DNA of 64,000 nucleotides from Perkinsus olseni (Eukaryota): NCBI GenBank assembly GCA_013115125.1, contig JABANN010000085.1, positions 1 to 64,000 of the forward strand, read 5' to 3'. Shown piece by piece: positions 24,586 to 36,699 of this stretch (position 1 is its first letter; each line of letters starts with the position of its first letter). The notes under the pieces were generated by a model. It saw only the letters and a program-made list of their open reading frames with translations, ran no database searches and was not told where the DNA came from. The position numbers and the translations under genes were made by a program.

Positions 24586-27500
24586 TTACTCGGCGGACAT
24601 GCTCACAGGAACATCGCGGTATGTCCGGCGACGCACCATCGCCGTAGTCTGGCCTTCACCATATGTCATGGTTCGCAGGAACTGCTTCGCCTTCTCCATC
24701 TCAGCAGCCCGCTTCTTTTTATCCCATCCTTTCCTGTCTCCAACGATGTTCACAATCTGGTTAAAGAATGGAGATTTCGGGCGCCTTCCTGCTGCAGCTC
24801 CCGCACCTCTGGCAGAATAGCCTTCGTCCCCACCGGATCAACGAAGGCCATCCGAGTTCTGTACGCGATAACATCGACCACCGACTCTGCCATCTCCCTG
24901 TCAACGGCCCAGAGAATCTCAGTGCGAAGGAAACTCTGAAGCACGATGACGATCCTTGAAGCAAGCGCATGGAGAGTTCACTTGGCGTGGGAGCAACGGG
25001 CTCAAGGTGTTGGTCGTCTGGCCGAACTCGCAGAGCTCCGGCGCGTACGTACCGTAGGACTTAGTAAGATGAACAGCATCTGAATAGGTTGGCTGCCCTA
25101 GCTGGTCGCAGCAGCGGCTCACCGTCGAGGTCCACCCCGTAACTTCTGTTCAGCTCCATCGCCATACGATCGGCGAGGACATCGAAGTCATACCCGTGTC
25201 CAACAGAGAACCTGAGCCAACAAAAGCGAAGAAGAAAACGCTTTAAAACGTTCATCTGCAATCTCGCCAAAAAAACGACCAATCGCGGGATGCGCAGAGT
25301 GCCTCGCCAGCCGCCTCACTTTCCACCGTGACTGCCCAGCAGCGCCAGTCTGAAGGTTCTGCAGCCGTACTTGGCCGACACTCTACCGCGATGATGATCC
25401 AAGGCCTTGTTGAGGCAATCCTCGGCCATCAGCCTGACGAAAACAAGCATCACCTGCCCACCTACCGACAGAGCCCCACCTGCAAGTCGTCCACTTTCCA
25501 CCCATGATGCTGACCAGACCCGTCGTGCTGTCGATCACAACCTCATGGTCGCGAGACATCTACAAGAAGGCTAAGTCGTCGGCCCCTCTCCAAGGGAAGC
25601 CCCATCTACCTTGCTGGTGTCGGCGGCCTTAGGGTCTCGGACCAACGGCCTGAGACCGCTCCAAGCGGCAGTTATGTCCTGAAGACGAAGTTGGGGTTAT
25701 TTGGTGATGGTCGAAGCATCGACCTGTCGGATATCTTCCTTGTTCAAGCTAAGATACTTGACGCTCTCCTCGACGATGAAGTCAAGTTCAGCAGTGGTTG
25801 GCTTTGGAAGCGGCGTCAAGTCGCTCTTAACATCAGTCGTGCCCACGACGGTGTTCCCTAACAACTGCAGTAGCAGTGAGTCCACCGTCCACTGATCACC
25901 CACCTTCCCAGGGTAGATAGAAAAGGACTCTGCCGTCTGCGGTTTCCGGGATAAGCATACCGCACGCTGGCGAAGAATAGGACCTAAAATCGCGGAAAGT
26001 TTTGAGGTAGCTAGTTTTTATTTTCTAGTTTTTCTCCACGCTGGGAGATATCGACGAGCGATTTCTGGGATATGGTGCTCCAGAACGGACGGAGAAAACG
26101 ACTATACGATACACAATCTGCCGCGAATTTTTCAGCTGTCATCGTTTCAGTTATATTATTGGGCGTGAAAGCCCAAAGATCGGTTATGCGTTTCCACAGG
26201 AGCGCAGGGCCCGCGGACCCTTCTCCGACGATCCAGAAGGCAATCGAAGGCAGCACATGCTCTCACGACGGTAATGTGTAGCACTACTGCTACGGTCCTC
26301 GGCTTACTTGGGCATGACCAGATGCGCTCCAGCGGCAGCGGCCACCAGCTCCCGCTCCTCAGGATTAGCATCTTTTCTGATGATATCCGAGAAGGGCCCC
26401 GTAGCGTTGATAACCAATTTACCGGTGACCTCAAAGGTCTCACCAGTAAGCTCATCCTTCGCTCTGAAGTGACAGAGAGCTTGCTGGGAGTTCTCGAGGC
26501 AGAGAGCAGTACTTCACTCCGCTGCACATTCCCTGCTCATCTTTAGTCACACTGAGGACGTTCGTGTGGTTCGCCACAGTGGCCGCCTCCCAGCCATCGA
26601 TGTAGTTCTCAACCTACCAACCAGATGTCATTGAAGCCTGTCTCGCGGGAACCCTCGCCTTGGGTCAAGGCGAGTCACCACTGATTTTGTATTACTGCGG
26701 CAGTCATGGCGATATGAAGGCACACCCTTGAGTCATTCTGCTGGCCATCATAGTACATCACACTGCCCAGCAAACCTTCATTCTTCAACAGTGGGAACTG
26801 CAGGACCGGACACACCTCAAGTGACGCCCAAGACACCCATTGCGTACCATGTGCAGGCTGTTGGACTTGCTCACCCAGTAAGAGTTCGGAAGGCCGGGCG
26901 AAAACAGCGTGGCGATGTTACCACAAAACTCGTACCTAGCAGACAGGCCTCCCTCCCACGGCCTCCCTACGGTATCACGTACATCTTGAGTCCAGCCCAC
27001 ATCATTAGGATGTCCCAAGGCTTGTACAAAGGCATGAGTATAGCCAATGGCTGAGTCATGAAGGGCGAACAGTGGAGCATGTGAGCACGCTCACGAAGTG
27101 CCTGGAAGGATATAAAATACACATTATTAATGATAACCTTATGATACGGTATTTTATTACGAGATTATTATAATCATCCAAGCTCAAATCTTTTTGCCAC
27201 TAAAGGGTTATCTACGCTATACCGAGGTTTGGCGACTAGGCGCCAAAGAAAGCTCCGCGTCATGCATACTACTGAAGCGAAATCACCGCTTTTCCCGGAT
27301 GATAACAAAGTTTAAGTCGTTTCATAGTCCAACTGTCAACAACACTTACCTCATAGACCAGGACGAGCATCTTATAATCCAGATTAAAAATAGCATCTTT
27401 CAGATAGCGTACCCCACCGTGGAGAAGTTTCGTACCTGCTGCGACGATACAACGAGCATGGAGGGAGATGGTACCCACTTCTGCTGCTAGTGCCAGAAGA

Positions 27501-27913
27501 AAAATCCTCACGTTCCAAAAGGGCGACCTTGAGGCCCCTCGAAGCGCCGTCCAAGGCCACCGAAGCCCCTGTAGCCCCTCCCCCAACTACAACTATATCA
27601 AACCTGACACAACGGCAGTTCGCACCAGGCCCTAGTGCAAGGAAGACTAATTTGCCGAGCGAGTTGACAATTAGTACACTTCCTTCTTCAACCGTTCCAT
27701 GCTTTCCTTCCGATCAGTGCGCGGTGTGAAATTACGATATCCACTCGGCGGTATCGCGGGCTGGAACGAATCATCAAGGTGGCTGGGGTTGAAGTTTCCG
27801 CCCCTTACCGGTGTTGTGAAGTAGACGTAACCGCATGAGACTCCCAGTGCCGATCCGCCCACTACCGTCCCGTACTTGACAGTCTTGCCGAGAAGGCGAG
27901 TAGCGAAGCTCAT
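24586..27913 (-). CDS. GPD2: Mitochondrial FAD-dependent glycerol-3-phosphate dehydrogenase (GlpD/GPD2 family), multi-exon
   Basis: Targeting-like MSFATRLLGK start. [67 protein letters not shown] and LTKSYG..EMAESVVDVIAYRTRMAF. TAA at 24586-24588. Confidence 0.93.
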
Positions 27914-28947
27914 GAGAGAGTCAACCTGGACGGTAGGGAATTCGGTGGTGTTCCACTGGAGACGGGCGGACGGACTGAAGTAGGCCGATTCTTGCTCACT
28001 TATGCCTCCTCGCGTTTCCCACATGCGAGGAAAAATTCTGAAATTCTGGATAGGATCCTCCCGACGCAAAGGGTTGTCGGTGGTAAGATACCTTGGGGAA
28101 CTGTTGACCTCTTCGTCCTATGGTAGGACGATCTGTGGGCAACTAAGCCCCGCTCTTGGTCCGTTACCTATAGGATCGCAGAGGCTGCTGGAACTAAGAC
28201 AATCAGTCATCCAGAAAGACGAGTCGTCTTAGACGACCGACCGTAGAACTGTTGTCTTTGGCTATGATGGTGAAACCTACGAGGATATAAACGCTATCAA
28301 ATGTAACCGCCTTATCAAATCAACCCGACAAAGCGACTTCAGACAAGGCTGGCTGGGCCCAGAAATCTCGGATCGTCAGACTCTACGTTACGACGATAAA
28401 CTTGACTACATCATAACACCAATACCATGATACTGTCAAAACACACCATCGGTCGAGGCCGCGGACACTCGTACAGCGGGCTGTGAACGGCAGCCACTCT
28501 GGCCGTGCTAATCGTGACTGAGCTAGAGCCCTAATCGAAGTACGTCTTCCTGTGTGGATGTCCTAGCTTGCGGCGAAGAAGATGCCTCTTGTAACGAACT
28601 GGCTCAACACAACTCCTGTTTGGTACGAAGAAAGTGGTCGATCAATCGACTTTATCATCATCATACGGACTACAGTGATGTTATCGTCAATCTTCGACAA
28701 ACATCATCGACACAAAAGCAGTCTAACTATCATCAGCCAACAACGTATTGTTACGACACCTACACTTCTTGAGAGAGAATATTATGTATTTTAATAAGAA
28801 GAGCCTCAGTGCTTACGTACTATTAAAAAGGCGACCGTTAGGCACTTGTACCGTGCTACGATGTCGCAGCGTACACGCACACTTATGGACATATACTTAT
28901 GGTGGAAGCAACAACATCATTGATGGGCTTCTTGTTGTTCATATCAT

Positions 28948-29763
28948 CTAATACCTCCTACCCCTGTTGGGTCTCATGCGCCTAACATTGCCGCCAAAGG
29001 GCCTGCGCTGGAGAGCCATAGGACCGAAGGTCTCCTTATCAGCCTCACGAAGCTTCTCACGACGAGTAGGGTCGAATGAGGGCATAGTGTTCTCTCTACG
29101 GTCCAAGGCATCACAGGAGATATCATCAAAGAAACCCTTGGTCTTATCATAACCAGTCCTGACGGTAGTGCCAGCAGTGGAGACGGTGGTCTCGTCAGGC
29201 TTCTCCAACTTCTCAGCGGCAGCAGCAAGATCGAACTCCTCCTTGACCTCGGCCTTGGCCTCGGGGTTCTCATTGGGAACGAGCTCGCCAACAGGGCCAG
29301 ATGGGCCGGACCTCCTGTTCCTGTTCTGATGTCTGCGATAGCCGTAGTTGTAGCCCTTGCCGTAGCCCTTGCCGTAGTTATAGCCCTTGCCGTAACCCTT
29401 ACCGTAACCACCACGGTTGTAGTAGCCACGCTGACGGGGCATACCATTAGTAGCAACAGTCGGGGCGTTCTTCTGCATGCTGACAATGGCGGGGTCGGAG
29501 AGAACACCGGACCTCTGGCTGGCGCCTTCCAAGACGGTCAAGTCCTTGATATCAGAACCACGGAAGATGATAAAATCGTAGACCTCGTCGCTGGCGGGAA
29601 TGTCGGGAGTCTTGCGACCCTCGGTACCGAAGGACTTCACGTTTTGGAGGGCGATGGTGGACTCCTCGGTGTTGATGGTGTAGAGGATGCCCTCATAGCG
29701 GATCCCCGCGTTTGACACGAGAGAGATCTTACTTCCGATGTAAGGCAGAGATGAACCGCTCAT
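28948..29763 (-). CDS. LSM14: LSm14/Scd6/RAP55 (Trailer hitch/CITH) mRNA-granule protein, intronless
   Basis: LSm domain [24 protein letters not shown]...SFGTEGR...[17 protein letters not shown]-like EEFDL, FFD ([10 protein letters not shown]) and TFG (DKETFG) motifs. Confidence 0.95.
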   Translation of the reverse strand: MSGSSLPYIGSKISLVSNAGIRYEGILYTINTEESTIALQNVKSFGTEGRKTPDIPASDEVYDFIIFRGSDIKDLTVLEGASQRSGVLSDPAIVSMQKNAPTVATNGMPRQRGYYNRGGYGKGYGKGYNYGKGYGKGYNYGYRRHQNRNRRSGPSGPVGELVPNENPEAKAEVKEEFDLAAAAEKLEKPDETTVSTAGTTVRTGYDKTKGFFDDISCDALDRRENTMPSFDPTRREKLREADKETFGPMALQRRPFGGNVRRMRPNRGRRY

Positions 29764-30381
29764 AACGTAGTAACAACAAGATGTTGATGCTTAACGCGAG
29801 AAGCTAGCTGGAGTTGGAATCTCCAGGCCCAACGCTTTGTGTTACGCTGTCCCCATAGTCCGTAATCGATCAACAACAGAACAAGATACTCGCACCTTTC
29901 TCAGTCATTGAAGGACGTTCCCAGATGGGTTATGGATTCCTCAGGAGAGATCACGCACGTACATAATGGCCTACGGCTGATGAGTTGGTCGTAAATAATT
30001 GTCCGAAAACCGTCAAACATGTGACGATTTTGGAGCGGAGCGACGCAGATCTCTCGGCGGAGCGAAGCGTTTTATATTTGCCACTTTCGTAAAAATAGGT
30101 TTAAGTTTCGGCCCATAATGAGCCCGTGTAGCTCAGTAGCGCGCGTACTGCTCACAGCGCTACTCTCACGAAGCCAATCAGCAACAGTCTCGTGGCTGGT
30201 GGAACCTACGGACTCGTGCCTGCCTCGGCCGGCCAACTTCGACACTCAGTTGTAATGCCAACGTGTGCAGAGTTGAGTCGGTGATTTAATCCGAGTAGGA
30301 ACTACTACCGTATCGATTGCTGGTACACTAGAGAGGGCGGCGAGCCTCCGAGTACCATAAGAATTCACTTCGCGAAGGAGC

Positions 30382-33300
30382 ATGCTCTTGTTGTGTGAGT
30401 CGACTAATGCCGCGAGTCGGGTCTTAGTTTCGGTTCTTCCGCTTTATTGAAGGGAATCCTGAGGTCGACTCTTGCTCTAAACGAATAAACTGCTGTGTGA
30501 TTCCGGCGCGTTGCAGAGGGAATCGTAAATGCTGTAATAATGGGCGACTGTGTGTTCTCGTCAGTCGCTCCCCCGGCACAGTAGTTCGCAACGGTACGGC
30601 GTTCGACTTCCCTTGGCCTTCGACCCACCACTATCATGCGGCCTCGAAGCACGTGCTGTGGATCGATGGGCACAAGTAGGAGCTCCATGGGGCCAGTACG
30701 CTGCAGCGCCGCCCAGATACCATCTCGCGATTCACACGACGGTGGAGTCAGTTCAGCTCGGCGGCTTGTCCGTGGTCTCTGCCTCTGGCCAATCCATCCC
30801 GCTAGTGCCCGACTTCGACCCGGTCGTTCGGGAGTGAGGAATCTTGGGTGTTGGTAGTTCGCAAGGGTCGACTTAAGATACGTCGTTCGACCCAGCCAGG
30901 ATGAAGCGCTCAATATCACAGCAGTCGGACGCGGTGGAGCGAAGGTTCGGCTAGGCGGGTCGGACCTCTCCCCAAGCCCCTGGCTGAACCATCCGCTGGA
31001 GTTTGCGGAGCTATGGGAGGATAACGTGGTTGAAGTTGAGGTCGCCAGTGTTACTGGAAGGTTCAGCCGCAGGTAATGTCATAGGGAATGGGAAGGGGTT
31101 TGTGGTCACACTGCTGGGATGATCCAACGGCCTCGCGTGTCCCCTATCGTATTTGAGAACTGCAGACGGTCAGTGTGCCTCTGATAGGCGCTGTGTGTCG
31201 CGCAATCGGTCGGGCTTGCAACGAAGGCTGATGGGGGTGTCGCTTGCTGGAGGATGTGATGAAAATTGCATCACTATTGCCCAAGACATTGTCTGAGTTA
31301 TTCGCAGCACATGAAATCTGTACAGTCCTTAGCTATCGAGCTACTCAATAATACTGAGTGCGTCTCAGTAGTCCATCTCGGCCTCTCATCGAAGGGACTT
31401 GAGGCTAGTGCTGGAGCAGGTATGGGTATTGTTGTCAGGTACTCTATCAGAGTGGATGTGGGGCCCGGCATGTCGGCCGCGTTGAGTTCTCTCGTAGTTG
31501 AAGGCTTTCAACTTAACCCTCCAGCTGTTGTACCAGGGGTATGGTCATATGACCTCACTGTGTCAGCGGAGGTCGGGCAGATGAAGGTCTTTGCTTCCAC
31601 GAAGGGTGGCGAGGTTCTAATCGAATTTGTCTGCTTCGTTGTAACCCTGATGATCAGGTTTGCATTTTGCGATGCAATAATGGCTCGGGGGTTGCGATGA
31701 TGGGACAGACCGTACGCCTAGATCCAGGGCCCCCATGGCTCACTCAGCTGCCTATAATAACGAAGTAGCAAAGGAGGAGTGCTTTGTGAGTCTCTACCGT
31801 GTAGTTGTTCTAGGTCGGCCGATGGACAGCGGCAACAGACATATGTATTGAACGTACAGCGAGAAGTGTCTAGCGTGGCCGAGCTAGCAGGATTGAGTGC
31901 TGAGGAGTGCGAGCTCACCCCAGCCTTCCATCCGAATGTTACTGACTATTCCTGTACTTTTCGGTACAACGTCACAATGGTAATAAGGATTCGGGAGAGG
32001 GTGTTATACAAAAGTTAACCGGGAGCTCGAGGCGAGTCTCTCTCGTGGCGCGAGATCTTCGAGGGATCATGAGGCCTCGCTTACTGCAATGATCGATTTG
32101 GACGCCGGGTGGCTAATTCTTAGAAAATCGGTTTTTCGGAGTTTTCTTCTTTCGCGATATGATCCTGCAGTGAGGCCTTACTGAGTCTGTTTATAAGCCA
32201 TGTTTTGCTGAAAGTCCATTCTTCCAAGAATTTGTCGCCCGGTGTATGCATCACACTGTTGGTAGGGTTCCCTGTGGCCCTTTCAGACTGCCAAGCTCAC
32301 ACCGTTACTCGACTCGTCGCGGTGCCCAGGGTGTATTATTCTGGCCCCGGACAATACCGTACCTTACAATCTTCGTAACGAATTCAGTAAGATGAGACCG
32401 AGGCAGTGGGCGTCTGGGCGGGTATGGTTCCGGAAGCTGCTTCATGGTGAACATCATACCATACCTCTCACAATTTATGCGCAGGATGGTTGCCATCGGA
32501 GGGTTTACTACGTTTATATCGAGTGCTTGGCACCATGGTAGTAGGGGGAGGTGGGGGAAATTTGGTATGGAGAATTCGCGTAGTGGTTAGCTTTGTGCTG
32601 CATGAAGGATTACTACGTCACTTAGCTCGGCTTTATCATCACACAACGGTGTCATCACAACTGTATCTTGGTAGTAGGGTTGAGGTCGTAGGGTGGGGGA
32701 AATTTGGTATCGAGAATTAGCTGCATGGAGATTAACTGCACGGGCCCCGGGTTGCCTCAAAGCACGCAGCGGTTTGTAATTTCCTGACAATGTGGTATTG
32801 CTGTAAAGCTGGTCCAGGGAGTTCGAAACGAACGGTTATATTGGGGTGAATTATTCCGAACTCGTCTGCCTAGGTATATGCGGGCTGATGTTACTCGTTC
32901 CATATCGTCCGTTGCATCAGCCACAGCTGCTGTGATGTCGGTGGCAAAGGCGAGCAATTTGATGGCGCTTGCAAAGCAAGTGCAGTTTATGAGCCTTACT
33001 GCCAGGATTGCTGGCGTCCCTCAGGTAGTAGTAGGTCCCGGGTTCAATCCCGGCGCTCGACATCTTTTCCATCCCGCAGGTTTATGTAGACTACACCAAA
33101 TCAATGGACGGCTTTTCATTGCAGTTTGGGTTTTTGTCTGATGATTGGGGCGAGATGTCACCAGACTCTATCCGAAATTACATCCACGTTTACATTTCGG
33201 AGTCACTCGAGGCGGCCTTGGCTTGCCAGGAGGCGTTGGGCGTTGATTACCACTTGCCTGCGGATTTGCTGCATCCTGAGAAAATCGCTCTCGAATTCCG

Positions 33301-36300
33301 ATTCGATGGTGATGATATTGCGAGTATCTTTGACGAACCGCAAAGTTGGTTCTTTGGTGGTGATGATGATGACCTTATGATACGCCGACGGCTTGCCGAG
33401 TCTGGTAGGGTGGAGCTGCCAGGAAGTGGGAAAAAGTTAGTACGATTTTGCGACGAAGCGAGGGAGCGTGTGATTCGGAAGTATCAGAGGCTGTTGGAGC
33501 TACAAGAATTTGTCCATACGGTTTGCGGGAATGTTATCTTCCAAGGCCTGGGTATGATGGTATTTTTTCTGATCTATTGGGTATTCTATTATGGGCTTGC
33601 CAGACGATGGCACTGCCGAGTGGAGTTCCTCGAACCTTACCCTATGTGGACCTTCGTGTTGGACTTTGGCTTCATTGGCTTCAGTAGGAGGACCAGGGGG
33701 TGCTTTTCGGGGCGGCTAGGCCCGCGCGCTGTAAATTCGGGAAGGTCGATGTTGTTCGTATTTTTGGTCCTGGCACGCGGGAGAGGCGGAAGTTTCTTGG
33801 GATCCGTTATCGCGCACTTAACTGTGCGTTTACTTAAGGAGATCGGAGTGTCTCAGGCCGGTTAGGGGTTCAATAACAGCGAGACAGTCGAGGCGAAATT
33901 CGAGCTGGTCATCGCGGGATAATCTATAGGACGTTGGCCAGCAACGCGCAGAATCTAGCTGGCCTTGCCTACTATGGTTTCGCCTGAATTTCCGATCGTG
34001 TTATAGTTTTCTATCACCTTTATCAAACTGTTTGTCTGCCCGTTCAGGCTCAGCGGCATGCTCTACTCTCTTCGCTGAGGGCACTAGATCGATCTACGTC
34101 TTCGGGTGGCAGCCGTCTCGAGGCCTCGTGGTGCTGGCGTGCATCGCTGGTATCATCATCTATCCAGTTGGGTGGGTCCGCTACGGGTGTTGCCACGACT
34201 GTCGTCGGTAGCTTGGTTCAGGTATCTGGTATTTGTTTTTCTCAAACTCTCGCAGCTGCAGTCATCCGGGCAAGTTGTGTATAACTGCAAGTTCCGGAAG
34301 TACACGGATAGGGCGGTGGACGCGGTAGTAGGGGAGAGGCGGCTGAGAGGCAGCAGTCACTTTAGCGCTGAGAACTGCTGCGCGAATTGTCGAATATTTG
34401 CACACAAGGACATATTAATGTTTTTACATGTCTAATCTGGGTTATACTACCGCCATAGTGTCAACAGCAGTCTGGTGGTAGTAGATTGAGTCATCGTGGG
34501 AGAGGCGGAACTGTCGTGAAATTGAATGTCATTGGGGGAGCTAGGACTATCCTGTATCAGATCAAAGTGAAGGTCGACCCGCCGGTGCCATCGTGGATCC
34601 CCATCCTCAGTCAAATCGCGACGCGCAGGATCTCATGTGGCACTCGAGAACACCTAGTCGACTGCCTCCGACCGCCCTTCATCAGGTGCTATCCCTATCA
34701 AAGACGAGAGAGGGCGGAGCGTTCGATTCGGGGAAGTCGTTGAGTGTGGTTCTGGTTGGGAAGGGGACTTGGACGAGTTGACGCCGGTGCATGGGTCCTC
34801 TTATGTACTGCCCGGGCTTGGCTGTATTGTATGCTCGCTATGTCGGTATTGGAAAACTTCTCCACCTGGAAAATTGGGTTTTTTTGCCATAAAATAACCG
34901 AAGTTTTCTGGGTGAAAACTGCGTCATATTCGACCAGCTGTGCCTGGCTCCCTTCGCCAGCGTCCGTGGATCCTCCGCTTTTCAGACCGGCTCGAGTCTT
35001 GACGAATTCTCCCGGCCGTTCCTCCCTCCTGCTGCTGGTGCTCCACACCGTGGGCCGGAGGAAGATGGAGAACGGCAGCAGGGGTTCCTCTTGACTGAGG
35101 AAGTTTGTCGAGGTCTTAGCGGAGCGAAGGTATTATTTGTATTATTGGGATTTTTGTCAGGTAGACCGTATAGGAGAGTGAGCGAAGTGGGCATGGCGGA
35201 GGATGAGCTGTTTGCGCTGACCAGTTGGTTGTGAGTCCTCCTGATGCTGGGCCTGTCGCCCAATGTAGACAGCATTGTGACGTCCCGGGTCTATCTCATT
35301 CCCCGTTGAGAATACGTTATGGCGGATTTTGAGCATTCGAGTATATGAATTTCGGTACAAGGCCTTCCGCGCAAGTGCTCCTCGATAGAATCGAGGAAAT
35401 AAGTTGTAGAAAAAAGGTAGACGTTAATTTTGATGAGGTTCTAGTCAGGCATCTATAACACTTACCAAGTCTAATAAGTGTCAGGCTACGGCCTATGGTT
35501 GGACCTGTTCTTCTGCGCTTCAAAACGGCGACGCTCTAGGGGGCCGTGTGTCGTTCACGTATGCATTTGCCATTGTGATCTCTGCCGAGGGGCCATGCCT
35601 TTCCTGCTGATCTCTGCCGAGGGGCCATGCCTTTCCTGCTGTATCAGGTATGAGCGAGCAGAGGAAGAACGGCGTCTTGTTGCGGATCATGGTGGCATTT
35701 TGAGACTGGTGGGCGGGGGCGGGCATGGATGTTTTATAGGTAATAGACTGTTGGCCTGTTGTGTCTTGGAAAGGCTCCCGCTTAGTTCCAGAGGTGGCCT
35801 CGGATAAAGAAAGCCTAGAGTTGGGACCAGGCGACCTTATTGCGGTGAGTCAGAGGAAGGGTGCGGTGGAGACGTGATGACCTGCTGGATGAGCAGGAGT
35901 CTGATGATGATGGCGATGTCGTTTTGGCGTATCAAAGGCTCAGGATGGACTTCCCGGAGAGGCCGTGGATAGGGAAGCCAGAGGTAAGCGGGGAGAGCCG
36001 GTGTCGGGCGTCCCTGGTCGGGGACAGGGAATGGCGTTTTTAGTGGTAGCAGTACGGGCTTAGGGAGATCGAGGACTTGGGAAGGTCCAGGTTGTTGTCC
36101 GAATGTTGTTGATGTTGCCTCTGACGGATCAGTGGCTTTGGTGGCTCAGGTGGTCGGCGGCTGCTGGTGTCTGCCGGCGTCTTACTGTACACGCCCTCCT
36201 CCCGTCCCCTGCAACACCCCTACAGCAGTGCCTCCGGACATCCCGGTGGGCGAGAGGAAGCTGATGGAAGGATGGTTGTTTGATAGACTGGTGGAGCTGC

Positions 36301-36335
36301 TCAGGGTGAAGGCGATGCTGGCCTATTGTGTGTAA
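30382..36335 (+). CDS. Large multi-exon membrane protein: extracellular cadherin-like beta-sandwich repeats plus a multi-pass TM region
   Basis: Exons LNPPAVVPGVWSYDLTV and LTPAFHPNVTDYSCT resemble cadherin-like sandwiches. KQVQFMSLT and several hydrophobic helices lie at 33500-35340. Ends and exon chain uncertain. Confidence 0.5.
35576..35639. repeat. Perfect 32-nt tandem duplication
   Basis: TGATCTCTGCCGAGGGGCCATGCCTTTCCTGC occurs twice. Confidence 0.9.
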
Positions 36336-36699
36336 TAAGGAACTCGGGAGAGGACAGCCTTACGGAATCAGTACCGGCTGGGTCTGTGCAACCGTACGGG
36401 GGCCGGGGAAAGTACGGTACGGAGTAGGGTTCAAACTATGACCTAGTACGAGTACGGAGAACTATTACGTATTGAATGTATTAAACAACGCATACGTGTA
36501 TTAAATTACGCCGTACTTCAAGTACGGCGTACTGGTACGGTACTTGGGAACCGCTGCGACGGGTAGTACGGGTACGGAGCCGTACTCGTACCCGTACCGT
36601 ACTAGACCGTACCCGTACTGTCGCCCACCACAACTTTGCTGGAGCAGTTGCGGAATACTGCTCGGTGCTGTCGCCATTGTTATAGCGGCAAGGGAGTGA

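Noticed and set aside
28967-29715. Long overlapping ORFs on other frames and strands of LSm14, and similar antisense ORFs over other genes
   Set aside because: Shadow ORFs from codon bias in real genes, with no recognisable motifs.
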